Below are positions 33,206-43,045 of a stretch of 64,000 bases of DNA, one piece after another. The notes beneath the pieces are model-generated. The model had not been told where the DNA came from, searched no databases, and worked only from the letters and a program-made list of their open reading frames with translations. A program made the position numbers and the translations under genes. How positions within the stretch are numbered: the first letter of the stretch is position 1; every line of letters begins with the position of its first letter. Source of the DNA: Candidatus Poriferihabitaceae bacterium (lineage in GTDB: Bacteria > Pseudomonadota > Gammaproteobacteria > Arenicellales > Poriferihabitantaceae); the NCBI GenBank assembly GCA_965214625.1, contig OZ243962.1, positions 91,326 to 155,325 on the forward strand. The letters run 5' to 3'.

Positions 33206-34660
33206 ATGCAAGAAAACTCGATTTTGTCCCATGCCAGTGCATTGCGTAAAGGCACCTATTCCAGTGTCGAACTGACCGAGTATTACCTGCATCGGATCAC
33301 CTCCAACCAACATCTGAACGCTTTTATTACGGTGGTCGCGGAACAGGCGATGGCACAGGCCAGACAGGCGGATGAAAGGTTGAGAAAGGGAACGGCAACA
33401 ATGCTGACCGGTGTCCCTCTGGCGCACAAGGACTTGTTCTGCACTGAAGGGATATTGACCAGTTGTGGTTCGAGAATGCTCTCGGATTTCATCTCGCCGT
33501 ATGATGCGACCGTGGTCGAGAAACTGAAGGCACAGGGCATGGTGAACGTTGGGAAAACCAACATGGACGAGTTTGCGATGGGTTCATCCAACGAGAACAG
33601 TTATTTCGGGCCGGTCAAAAACCCCTGGAATCTCGATGCCGTTCCCGGTGGCAGTTCCGGCGGTTCAGCCGCAGCGGTAGCGGCTCGACTAGTGCCGGTG
33701 GCCACAGCAACCGACACGGGGGGATCCATTCGACAACCCGCTGCCTTTTGTGGCTTGACCGGCATCAAGCCCAGTTACGGCCGGGTGTCCCGTTTTGGTA
33801 TGGTGGCCTTCGCCTCTTCGCTTGATCAAGGGGGCGTGCTGAGCCGTAGCGCGGAAGATGCTGCGTTGGTATTGCAGGCAATGGCGGGGTTTGACGACAG
33901 GGATTCCACTTCCCTGTCCGAGCCGGTACCTGACTATATGGCTGGTTTGAACGAATCGATTACCGGCAAGATTATTGGATTACCCAAGGAATTTTTTACT
34001 GATGATGTTGGAAGTGATGTTGCTCAGGCGATTCAGGAGGCCCTTCGCCAACTGAAATACCTGGGCGCGAAAACGGTCGAAGTCGAACTGCCCAACAGTC
34101 ATGTTGGTATTCCCTGCTATTATGTTCTGGCCCCGGCTGAAGCCTCATCCAACCTCTCCCGCTTTGACGGCGTGCGCTACGGTTACCGGGCGAATCAATA
34201 TCATGATCTTGATGACATGTATGCCAGGACCCGTGCACAGGGCTTTGGTACCGAAGTGCAAAGGCGTCTGATGATCGGCACCTATGTCCTGTCATCGGGG
34301 TATTATGATGCCTATTACATCAAGGCCCAGAAATTACGTCGTCTGATTGCGGATGATTACCGCAAGGCCTTTACGAAATGTGATCTGGTGCTAGGGCCCA
34401 CCACGCCCCATTCGGCCTTCCTGATCGGGGAAAAGAACGAGGACCCTATTGCGATGTACCTGAATGACATATTCACCAACTCCGCGAATCTGGCCGGGTT
34501 GCCGGCAATTTCCGTACCGGCGGGATTTGATCGAACCGGCCTGCCGATTGGCCTGCACCTGGTGGGGCGTTATCTCGATGAATCAACGCTGTTGAATGTT
34601 TCCCATTGTTATCAACGGGAAACAGATTGGCACCTGAAGATACCGGAGAACTGCGAATGA
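33206..34660 (+). CDS. gatA: Asp/Glu-tRNA amidotransferase subunit A
   Basis: [29 protein letters not shown] amidase signature. Confidence 0.97.
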   Translation: MQENSILSHASALRKGTYSSVELTEYYLHRITSNQHLNAFITVVAEQAMAQARQADERLRKGTATMLTGVPLAHKDLFCTEGILTSCGSRMLSDFISPYDATVVEKLKAQGMVNVGKTNMDEFAMGSSNENSYFGPVKNPWNLDAVPGGSSGGSAAAVAARLVPVATATDTGGSIRQPAAFCGLTGIKPSYGRVSRFGMVAFASSLDQGGVLSRSAEDAALVLQAMAGFDDRDSTSLSEPVPDYMAGLNESITGKIIGLPKEFFTDDVGSDVAQAIQEALRQLKYLGAKTVEVELPNSHVGIPCYYVLAPAEASSNLSRFDGVRYGYRANQYHDLDDMYARTRAQGFGTEVQRRLMIGTYVLSSGYYDAYYIKAQKLRRLIADDYRKAFTKCDLVLGPTTPHSAFLIGEKNEDPIAMYLNDIFTNSANLAGLPAISVPAGFDRTGLPIGLHLVGRYLDESTLLNVSHCYQRETDWHLKIPENCE

Positions 34661-36090
34661 TCAAATGGGAGACGATCATCGGGCTGGAGGTGCATGTCCA
34701 GCTCAAGACCCGAAGCAAGATTTTTACGGGTGCCTCTACCGCTTACGGTGCTCCACCGAATACCCAGGCCTGCGATGTCAGTATTGCGCTGCCGGGCGTG
34801 TTGCCGGTGATGAATCGGGCGGCTGTCGAACTGGCGGTCAGATTTGGGCTTGCCATTGGCGCGAAAATAAATCAACGATCAATTTTTGCCCGAAAGAATT
34901 ATTTTTATCCGGATCTGCCGAAGGGCTATCAGATCAGCCAGAATGATGCCCCGATTATCGGACGTGGAGTGCTCGATATCACAATCGATGATAACACCCG
35001 GCAGATCGGTATTACCCGGGCACATCTTGAGGAAGATGCCGGTAAGTCATTGCACGAGGATTTTCACGGTTATTCCGGGATCGACCTCAATCGAGCCGGC
35101 ACCCCGCTACTGGAGATTGTCTCCGAGCCGGATATGCGTTCCGCTCGTGAAGCGGTTGCCTATTTGAAAAAACTCCATCGTCTGGTGCGTTACCTCGACA
35201 TCTGTGATGGCAACCTGCAAGAAGGGTCCTTCCGTTGTGATGCCAACGTGTCTGTCCGGCCACAGGGTCAACGCGAACTGGGAACAAGAACCGAGTTGAA
35301 AAATATCAATTCTTTTCGATTTGTCGAAAAAGCGATTGACTATGAGGTCACTCGGCAGATCGATATTCTCATCAACGGTGGAACGATCATGCAGGAAACC
35401 CGTTTGTATGATGCAGACCGGAACGAAACCCGTCCCATGCGCACCAAGGAAGATGCCCATGACTATCGTTATTTTCCGGATCCGGATTTGCCCGAGATGG
35501 TTCTGGATGACGGATTTATTGAAGCCATCGGTCGATCCATGCCTGAACTGCCCGACCAAAGGCAGCACCGTTTTACTGTCGACATGGGGCTGAACCCGAA
35601 TGATGCCCAAAAACTGGTTTCTGAGCGGGCCGTTGCCCATTATTTTGAAGCCGTTTGTGCTCAAAGCGTTGCGCCTCCCCAAAGGGTTGCCAACTGGATA
35701 AACGGCGAATTGAGCAGTGCACTGAACCGACACCAGCTGGGCATCGAACAATCTCCGGTTGACAGCCTGCGGTTGGCCACTTTGCTCGACCGGGTCGAGG
35801 ATCAGACAATTTCAGGGAAAATCGCCAAAGAGCTCTTTTTGCTGTTGTGGGACAGTGACCGGACGGTGGATGACATCATCAGGGAAAAAGGATTAAAACA
35901 GATGACCGACGCCGGTGAAATAGAAGCGATCATCGACACCGTGCTCAAGAACAGTGAAAAACAGGTCAATCAATACAAGCAGGGCAATCAGAAAATTCTC
36001 GGTTTTTTTGTCGGGCAGATCATGAAACAGACCCGTGGCAAGGCGAACCCCAGGCAAGTCAATGAAATCTTGCGAAATAAACTCGACTAA
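34657..36090 (+). CDS. gatB: Asp/Glu-tRNA amidotransferase subunit B
   Basis: [40 protein letters not shown]; ATGA overlap with gatA. Confidence 0.97.
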   Translation: MIKWETIIGLEVHVQLKTRSKIFTGASTAYGAPPNTQACDVSIALPGVLPVMNRAAVELAVRFGLAIGAKINQRSIFARKNYFYPDLPKGYQISQNDAPIIGRGVLDITIDDNTRQIGITRAHLEEDAGKSLHEDFHGYSGIDLNRAGTPLLEIVSEPDMRSAREAVAYLKKLHRLVRYLDICDGNLQEGSFRCDANVSVRPQGQRELGTRTELKNINSFRFVEKAIDYEVTRQIDILINGGTIMQETRLYDADRNETRPMRTKEDAHDYRYFPDPDLPEMVLDDGFIEAIGRSMPELPDQRQHRFTVDMGLNPNDAQKLVSERAVAHYFEAVCAQSVAPPQRVANWINGELSSALNRHQLGIEQSPVDSLRLATLLDRVEDQTISGKIAKELFLLLWDSDRTVDDIIREKGLKQMTDAGEIEAIIDTVLKNSEKQVNQYKQGNQKILGFFVGQIMKQTRGKANPRQVNEILRNKLD

Positions 36091-36123
36091 CGCGCAGATT
36101 TGATGTAAAAGGTGATTCCATGC

Positions 36124-36200
36124 GGGCCTGTAGCTCAGTTGGATAGAGTATCTGGCTTCGAACCAGATGGTCGGGGGTTCGAGTCCCTCCGGGCCCGCCA
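36124..36200 (+). tRNA. tRNA-Arg, anticodon TCG
   Basis: 77 nt cloverleaf: acceptor GGGCCTG/CGGGCCC, D-loop with A20, anticodon arm TCTGG-CT TCG AA-CCAGA, GTTCGAG T-loop, encoded CCA. Confidence 0.95.
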
Positions 36201-36438
36201 GTTCAGTCATCGGATTTTCAGGAACAATTCAGGGCGTGTTGTGATCGGACGCACAAACCCACGGTGGACAAAGCGTGCAAAGGGGTAATGGGAAGGCCAC
36301 CAACCCAGAATCAGTCCTTGTCGTAATCCCGGTCCAGCGGGCGAAGCGTTTCAATATCGATCATGCACCGTACAAATCGAACTGGAAAGCCCTATTGATC
36401 ATTCCTTCTCGATGTCTGTCCTGGCGTCCTGTTGAACC

Positions 36439-37239
36439 CTATCGATTTTTTTGCCGGTGGTGAAACCGGATGCGGGTCATCACAAATAACATTAATGCGG
36501 CGACAACGATAGAAGGCCCTGATGGCGTATCCAGTTCTGCCGAGGCCAGTAATCCCCCGACAACCGCAAGCACCCCGGCGACCGCCGCACCGGCGGCCAT
36601 TTTTTCGGGGCTGGTTGCAAAGCGCCGCACCGTCGCAGCCGGTATTACCAGTAGCGCGACGATCAGCAACACTCCGACAATCTTGATGGCAACGGCAATC
36701 ACAGCTGCCACAAGGAGACCAAATGCCAATTGCATGCGTTCCGGTTTCAGTCCCGCCACGGTGGCCAGATCAGTGCTGACGGTTGCCGCTAACAGCGGAC
36801 GCCAGATCCACCACAACGTTCCCAGTGCAACCGTACCACCAATCCAGATGACCGCCAGATCAATACGCGTTACGACGAGAATGTCCCCGAATAATAATGC
36901 ATGCAGGTCAAGTCGCATGTTCGGGAAAAAAGAGAGAATGACCAAGCCAAGGGCAAGTCCCCCATGGGCAAACAGACCCAGCAGGGCATCCGTGGGAAGC
37001 GTATCACTCCGCTCAAGAAAAAACATCGCGAATACCACCACCGACGCAGTGGCAAATATGCCCAAGACCAGATTCAATTCGAACAGGACCGCAAAGGCAA
37101 CACCGAGCAAGGCCGAGTGTGCAATCGTTTCACCAAAGTAGGCCAGTCTTCGCCAGACCACAAAACATCCTGTCGGCCCCGTCACAAGTGCCAGTCCGAT
37201 ACCTGCAAGCAGTGCGCGTACGAAGAAATCATCCAGCAT
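36439..37239 (-). CDS. znuB: Zn/Mn ABC transporter permease (ZnuB-like)
   Basis: GCFVVWRRLAYFGETIAHSALLG, LLFGDIL, DTPSGPSIV. Confidence 0.85.
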   Translation of the reverse strand: MLDDFFVRALLAGIGLALVTGPTGCFVVWRRLAYFGETIAHSALLGVAFAVLFELNLVLGIFATASVVVFAMFFLERSDTLPTDALLGLFAHGGLALGLVILSFFPNMRLDLHALLFGDILVVTRIDLAVIWIGGTVALGTLWWIWRPLLAATVSTDLATVAGLKPERMQLAFGLLVAAVIAVAIKIVGVLLIVALLVIPAATVRRFATSPEKMAAGAAVAGVLAVVGGLLASAELDTPSGPSIVVAALMLFVMTRIRFHHRQKNR

Positions 37240-37242
37240 GGC

Positions 37243-37935
37243 TCAGTCCAATGACATGTCGACCTCGTCCCGGGCCGAGATAACATTGCGCTCCGAGGTT
37301 GGTTCATCATGTTCATACGGTACCAGTACCACGATATCATCGCCCATCTCCATGGCTTTGGCGAGGTCGTGGGAGATCATCAGGACACCACAGCCGAGAT
37401 CATCGCGGATATCGTTAACCAGCGTATGGAGTACATCGGTTCCCGTCACATCAACACCTTGGGCCGGTTCATCGAGAATCAGCAAGTCGGGACGGTCGAG
37501 CAGTGTACGCGCGAGTAGCAGTCGTTGGAACTCACCGCCTGACAGGGTTGTGACCGGCGGGTCACCCAGACGTTCCAAACCGACTGCAGCCAGCGCAGCA
37601 TCAATGTCATGCGCATCGAAATGACCGGTCAGCGTCATCAGTCGGCGCAGACTCAACGGCAACGTCGGATTCATCGACAACCGTTGCGGAACATAGCCTG
37701 TCTTGAGAGACGGCATCCGCTCAATGGCCCCCTCATCTGTACCAATTAAACCGAGAACAGCCTTAGCACAGGTTGACTTGCCTGCACCATTGGCACCGAT
37801 CAGGAAAACCAGTTCACCGCGAACCACCCTGATGTCGACATGCCGCACGATCCAGCGTTCCCCTCTTCTCACACCAATGTCGCGTGCATTGATGAGCAGG
37901 CGATCCCTTGCAGTCGATATCTTCTCCAAGGCCAC
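37243..37935 (-). CDS. znuC: Zn/Mn ABC transporter ATPase (ZnuC-like)
   Basis: GANGAGKST, GYVPQ, LSGGEFQR, LDEPAQGVD, ISHDL. Confidence 0.85.
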   Translation of the reverse strand: MALEKISTARDRLLINARDIGVRRGERWIVRHVDIRVVRGELVFLIGANGAGKSTCAKAVLGLIGTDEGAIERMPSLKTGYVPQRLSMNPTLPLSLRRLMTLTGHFDAHDIDAALAAVGLERLGDPPVTTLSGGEFQRLLLARTLLDRPDLLILDEPAQGVDVTGTDVLHTLVNDIRDDLGCGVLMISHDLAKAMEMGDDIVVLVPYEHDEPTSERNVISARDEVDMSLD

Positions 37936-38868
37936 CTAGTGACACCTGTCTCCACTTAACGGAGCCGGACAACCCGCCATTGTCTGTCTGTCCGGTTTCG
38001 GGATACAACCCGCTTCCGACCTCTTTTCGATCGCTTCTGTCAAACCTTTAAGTCTTTCCGTTCCAGTGTAGGGACAATTTTCTATGACATTATACACTTG
38101 ATCTGAGCTGTATAATTCAGGTCACACGACAGCACCCATGTCCATGTTTTCCTGATCAGTTTTGACATCTTTTAGGACCTGCAGGTCGGTTCTTGCCTTT
38201 CTGCATGACGACCGCCCTCTGCCTTTTTTTTGAGCATTGGCCGTGTGGTCCTTGACATCGAACATGGATATTTTGCTCCATCACCTCGTCTCGCAAAAAG
38301 ACTTTTGTGTAAAAGCTTGTGATGGCCCATGCTTCCCTCATATGATGCGTTGCTCCCGGCGTGTCCCGATCATTTATTTGACACTGCCATCGCAGTGCTT
38401 CATATCGGTAACTTCTTTCAGGTCTGCCACATCACGTTTGCAACCAGATCAGTGGAACATTGACAAGAACATCGTTTCCCAATCGGATTTATTCGATGCA
38501 TCAGCAGTGACCCTTGATTCAATCTCCCCTTTTAATCCACTGACAACCGGATTGTTTTGTTCAGTTGAATATGATGATGCCTGTTGCGGACAATACACGA
38601 CCCAGTCTGGTGTGTGCAGGGTCCACACATAACGACCATTCCAGTTCGTACAAATCAAGTACTCACGAACGATTCAGAGCGATTACAAGGAACAAAGGAA
38701 CCACGGTTGATAACACGACAACCCACTCGGATAGAAAGGTTCCTGCAGCAAGTCTCGACGTTCCACTGATTGGTCAATCTTATGCCAAGGTATGAAATAA
38801 TTGTTCCGGGCAGACCCGTCTTCGATAAATTTGATTCGGGCAGCATTATTTTCAGGGGACAGGATCGA

Positions 38869-40068
38869 ATGAAACAAAATCAAGTAGATGATTCCGGGTT
38901 GGCGATTGGTTTTAAGATTGATAACTGGCGTTCAGCCTCCCGACCCAATCAGGACACTCTGACGGGCCGTTATTGCTGTTGTGAGCCACTCGAAATGGAG
39001 AAACACAGCGAACAGCTTTATTCCGCCTATCGACAGGACAAGGAAAATCAGATTTGGACCTACCTCCCCTACGGCCCGTTCCAGAATATCAATAGCTATA
39101 GGAAATGGATGACAAGCACCTGTTTTAATGGTGACCCTTGCTTCTATGCAGTTATCGATCGCAACACCCATCTGGCCGTTGGCGTTGCCAGTTATCTTCG
39201 GATGGATCCGCAAAATGGTGTCATCGAAGTCGGACATATCAATTATTCCCCCCAACTACAGGGGACCGTTGCATCGACTGAGGCCATGTATCTGATGATG
39301 AAAAATGCTTTTTCCTTGGGGTATCGACGATATGAATGGAAGTGTAACGCGTTGAATTTTAAATCCCGACAGGCAGCCTTGCGTCTTGGTTTCCAGTACG
39401 AAGGGATCTTTCGCCAAGCCGCAGTGGTCAAGGGTCGGAATCGAGATACGGCCTGGTTTGCCATGATCGACCTTGAATGGCCCGCCTTGCAGCGTGTTTT
39501 CGAATCCTGGCTCGATCCGCAGAATTTCGATCGCAACGGGGTACAGAAATCAGCCCTCTCGATGTTAACTCGAAAAGCGTTGAGGGCAACCACAAGTCGG
39601 AGGGGATATCGAGGGAGCCAAACCGGATTTGCGATTCGCCCCGTTCAATCGACCGACTTCATTGATTGGGCCCGGGTTTACCGCGGTTATGCCGATTTTT
39701 ACCAGGTGCCGATGACCCAGACTGTCCTCGATACGGTATGGGCATGGCTCATGGATGAGGATCACGAAATGGAAGGATTGGTTGCGGTGCATGATACCCG
39801 TCTTTGTGGATTGGCACACATACGACGGATGCCTAATCCACTTCGTGGTATTGAAATCGGTTTTCTGGACGATTTATTTGTGGAACCGGCTTCACGGGGC
39901 AATAAGGTGGGTGAAGCCCTGTTTGAAGCACTACGGGGACTTGCCAGACAACGCGGATGGTCAAAAATCAGATGGATTACAGCCGATGACAACTACCGTG
40001 CTCGCGCACTTTATGACAAGGTCTCAAACAAAACGATGTGGAATACATACGAAATGGCCATTGAGTAA
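38869..40068 (+). CDS. Tandem GNAT acetyltransferase fusion (RimJ/RimL-like + GNAT)
   Basis: Domain 1: WTYLPYGPF, IEVGHI, GYRRYEWKCNALN, RNRDTAWF. Domain 2: FLDDLFVEPASRGNKVG, RWITADDNYRARALYDKV. Confidence 0.85.
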   Translation: MKQNQVDDSGLAIGFKIDNWRSASRPNQDTLTGRYCCCEPLEMEKHSEQLYSAYRQDKENQIWTYLPYGPFQNINSYRKWMTSTCFNGDPCFYAVIDRNTHLAVGVASYLRMDPQNGVIEVGHINYSPQLQGTVASTEAMYLMMKNAFSLGYRRYEWKCNALNFKSRQAALRLGFQYEGIFRQAAVVKGRNRDTAWFAMIDLEWPALQRVFESWLDPQNFDRNGVQKSALSMLTRKALRATTSRRGYRGSQTGFAIRPVQSTDFIDWARVYRGYADFYQVPMTQTVLDTVWAWLMDEDHEMEGLVAVHDTRLCGLAHIRRMPNPLRGIEIGFLDDLFVEPASRGNKVGEALFEALRGLARQRGWSKIRWITADDNYRARALYDKVSNKTMWNTYEMAIE

Positions 40069-40162
40069 CGCCGTCCTTGCTGTCGCTGGCAGTGACCATC
40101 CCGCGAGACGGTCTGATCAGGTGCAATACTGGAACGTCCAAAGATGCGGTCGCACCGTTGTC

Positions 40163-40894
40163 TTATTTTCCGGATCCTGTTTTTTGTTCTATCGCTGTCA
40201 GTATCCCTCTTAACATCCTGATTTCCTGCTGACGGGGATTGGCCCGATTGAACAAACGGGTCAGTTTTCGAAGTAGTTTGCCTGAACGGCCATCGATAAA
40301 TTCAATCTGCTCAAGCACAGCGGCCAAGTGGGCATAAAACTGACGCATCTCGTGTGCATTTGCTTTCGGCTCGCTCAGCTCAAGCGACGGTGTGACATCA
40401 GTCACCGCAAGGGTGCGTCTGAGTTCATACAGCAACACCATGACGGCCGAGCCCAGATTCAAAGACGCAAACCCAGTCTCTGCGGGAATTCGGACCAGGT
40501 AGTGACATCGTTCTATTTCCCGGTTGGTCATCCCCCTGTCTTCTCTTCCAAAACAAATGGCGACAGGTGAACCGGTCTCCTCACAAATTATTTTTTGCAT
40601 GGCGTCAGCCGGTGTCAGGCAGGGCCACTCAATGGAACGCGGTCGGGCGGTGGTGCCGATAACCAAGGTACAGTCGGCAATCGCCTGATCGAGATCAGGA
40701 ACGACCTGCGCTTCATTCAAAATCCGATCCGCCCCTGCGGCTCTGGCATTGGCAACCGGACTGGGAAACTGTCGGGGATTGACCAGGATCATCTGTTTGA
40801 TGCCCATATTCGCCATGGCCCTGGCACTCGCCCCGATATTTCCTGGATGTGTAGGTTCTATCAGTACGACTCGGATATAATGCAATGCTTTCAT
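40163..40894 (-). CDS. trmJ: tRNA (C32/U32)-2'-O-methyltransferase TrmJ
   Basis: PTHPGNIGASARAM, FGREDRGM, SLNLGSAV, RMLRGIL. Confidence 0.92.
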   Translation of the reverse strand: MKALHYIRVVLIEPTHPGNIGASARAMANMGIKQMILVNPRQFPSPVANARAAGADRILNEAQVVPDLDQAIADCTLVIGTTARPRSIEWPCLTPADAMQKIICEETGSPVAICFGREDRGMTNREIERCHYLVRIPAETGFASLNLGSAVMVLLYELRRTLAVTDVTPSLELSEPKANAHEMRQFYAHLAAVLEQIEFIDGRSGKLLRKLTRLFNRANPRQQEIRMLRGILTAIEQKTGSGK

Positions 40895-40962
40895 GTCAAG
40901 ATTCTGCCGCAAGCTTTCGATCAATGGAACGGTTTGTTGGTATTTCGGGAGAGTAGATTCAG

Positions 40963-41778
40963 ATGAATCCAATCATTAACACAGGCATCAAGGCCGTCCG
41001 TCGCGCCGGCAATCTCATTATTCGTTACTTCGATCGACTCGATCGACTCACGGTCAAGCGAAAAGGATACAATGATTTTGTCAGTGAAGTCGATCGGATG
41101 GCAGAAGACGAAATGATTGATATCATTCACTCCCTCTATCCCGCTCACCGGATTCTCGCCGAGGAAAGTGGGCAACAACGTTCGCCACCCCATGACGTCC
41201 CGCCGAAAGAATCGGTCGAGTGGATTATTGATCCTCTCGATGGTACGACCAATTACCTTCATGGACACCCGCATTTTTGTGTCTCCCTTGCCGTTAGAAT
41301 CAATGACCGCATTGAACATGCGATTGTCTTTGATCCGTTGCGCGATGAAATTTTTACCGCCAGCCGGGGACAAGGAGCCCAGTTGAACAATCGTCGCATA
41401 CGGGTCAGTGGCCAGAGGAAACTGGGGCAGTCGATCATCTCCACTGGTATTTCGACGCTTGACGCGGTCCACTGTGATGCATGGATGGACAGTTTCAAGG
41501 CCGTGTTACTCCGGACCAATACGGTTCGTTACTCGGGCTCGGCGGCGCTGGACCTCGCTTATGTCGCTAGTGGACGTGTGGACGGTTATTGGGAACCGGG
41601 ACTCAAAATATGGGATATTGCCGGCGGAACACTGCTGGTCAGGGAGGCCGGCGGCTATGTTGCAGATTTTGCCGGACAACAGGATTTTCTTGCCAGCGGT
41701 CATGTTGTGGCAGGCAATCAGGGTATTTTCAGCGAGCTGATGAACATTATCAAAAACAAGGCTGGCCAGATGCAGTGA
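40963..41778 (+). CDS. suhB: Inositol monophosphatase family protein SuhB
   Basis: WIIDPLDGTTNY, GSAALDLAYVASG, WDIAGG; divergent from trmJ. Confidence 0.95.
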   Translation: MNPIINTGIKAVRRAGNLIIRYFDRLDRLTVKRKGYNDFVSEVDRMAEDEMIDIIHSLYPAHRILAEESGQQRSPPHDVPPKESVEWIIDPLDGTTNYLHGHPHFCVSLAVRINDRIEHAIVFDPLRDEIFTASRGQGAQLNNRRIRVSGQRKLGQSIISTGISTLDAVHCDAWMDSFKAVLLRTNTVRYSGSAALDLAYVASGRVDGYWEPGLKIWDIAGGTLLVREAGGYVADFAGQQDFLASGHVVAGNQGIFSELMNIIKNKAGQMQ

Positions 41779-41851
41779 ATAAGCCGTTGTCACTTCCCTG
41801 AATGCAGCGACCCTGGAGGATCGTCTGGCCGACCACACGCCAATGATGCGC
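41775..41851 (+). pseudogene. mutS': Orphaned original 5' end of mutS (frameshifted)
   Basis: 41798-41851 reads LNAATLEDRLADHTPMMR, the MutS N-terminal HTPMMxQ motif. GTG at 41775 overlaps the suhB stop but is 1 nt out of frame. Confidence 0.75.
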
Positions 41852-42142
41852 AGGTGTTTTTGCGTTGATATATAAGGTATTTTTTAATTTTTCACGTATA
41901 AATCTATCCTATATGTTGCAGTTTTTTAAGGAGCTATAAAATTCTGAATAGTTGCGATTTGCTCGCCATCACACGCTTTCAATCGATGAATGACGAGCAC
42001 ACATGCGGCCATGCAAAGCCTGTTGTACGAACGCCATGGAAGCATTCTTTTTCGACTCGACAAATTGCCGAATCTGACTGGCCACGGCGTCAGCCTAGTT
42101 CAAGCCAGGGCCCTGTACCCATTACTCCTTCTGAACATTACT

Positions 42143-42333
42143 TCACCGCGCCCGCATCTGTTCGGCCAGTTCATAGCCAAACGTGCCGTTCGACAGCCAT
42201 TCATAGCCGCGCCACATGATCTGATGGCCCGGGGCGGATCATGTTTGCGATGCCGATAGCCCCCCAGAATGGCCACCAGTCGCACCGCCGCCAAGTGGTC
42301 CGGTGGTAGCTTGTGGCGGGTCGACGCATAATC
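42143..42333 (-). pseudogene. IS4-family (IS50/Tn5-like) transposase C-terminal fragment, frameshifted
   Basis: DYA…LAAVRLVAILGGYRHRKHDPP / GHQIMWRGYEWL, with 1 nt missing at PP(P)G; matches the LGGxxxRKxDxxPGxxxxWRG dimerisation motif. Confidence 0.8.
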
Positions 42334-42542
42334 GCACCGGAATGAGTCACGCGACCCTATATCGTCGAATCAGTGAAGGCTTATTCCCTCCCGGGGTTTC
42401 CCTTGGTAATCGTTCTGTCGGCTGGCTGGCCCATGAAGTGGACACGATGTTAAATGCATTTGCCTCGGGAAAAACGACAGAGGAACTTCAAGCCGTGGTA
42501 AAATTCTCATTGAATAGTGGCAGACTCTGGCCAGTTGATTGA
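42333..42542 (+). pseudogene. AlpA-family regulator, N-terminally truncated
   Basis: RTGMSHATLYRRISEGLFPPGVSLGNRSVGW..HEV AlpA signature; abuts the IS4 fragment. Confidence 0.8.
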
Positions 42543-42700
42543 GCGATTCCCCCCTTCGAATTAGCTGCCGGAGTTAACTTGGGACAATAACCTCCATTCA
42601 CCACCTATAACCCGCTTCCGCCACTTTTATTTCTCATAATTAATAAATATACTGCACATTACCCGCTATGCAACATATATTTCTTATTTTTAAGTAACTA

Positions 42701-42730
42701 TTGACATATTGCACTGCATCGACCTATAGT
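42701..42730 (+). promoter_or_regulatory. Sigma70 promoter of hipBA
   Basis: TTGACA-N18-TATAGT, then GGAGA RBS and ATG 42752. Confidence 0.7.
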
Positions 42731-42751
42731 TTCTTTTATTGGAGAAATTTT

Positions 42752-43045
42752 ATGGCCAGAAAAATTACGCCGTTACCCCTGCCCACCTCCCCGGTCGTCG
42801 ATTCGGCGGAGGCGTTCGGCACATTTGTGCGCAGCCTGCGCACGCAACAACAACTGCGCATCGATGATGCCGCTGCACTGTGCGGTGTTTCGGTTCAGCT
42901 GCTCTCGGATCTTGAAAATGGCAACCGTTCCGTCGGCCTGGACAAGGCCCTGGCAGTTGCACGGCAACTGGGGCTCACCCTGCTGGCGGTACCAAAATCG
43001 GCGCAACCCCAGGCAATTGCCGCCATCAAGAGTCAGTCATTATGA
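42752..43045 (+). CDS. hipB: HipB-like XRE-family antitoxin
   Basis: FGTFVRSLRTQQQLRIDDAAALCGVSVQLLSDLENG HTH; ATGA overlap with hipA. Confidence 0.85.
   Translation: MARKITPLPLPTSPVVDSAEAFGTFVRSLRTQQQLRIDDAAALCGVSVQLLSDLENGNRSVGLDKALAVARQLGLTLLAVPKSAQPQAIAAIKSQSL

Noticed and set aside
41910-42679. 11-bp inverted match TATATGTTGCA/TGCAACATATA as HipB operator or element end
   Set aside because: AT-rich and short; no consistent palindromic operator could be defined
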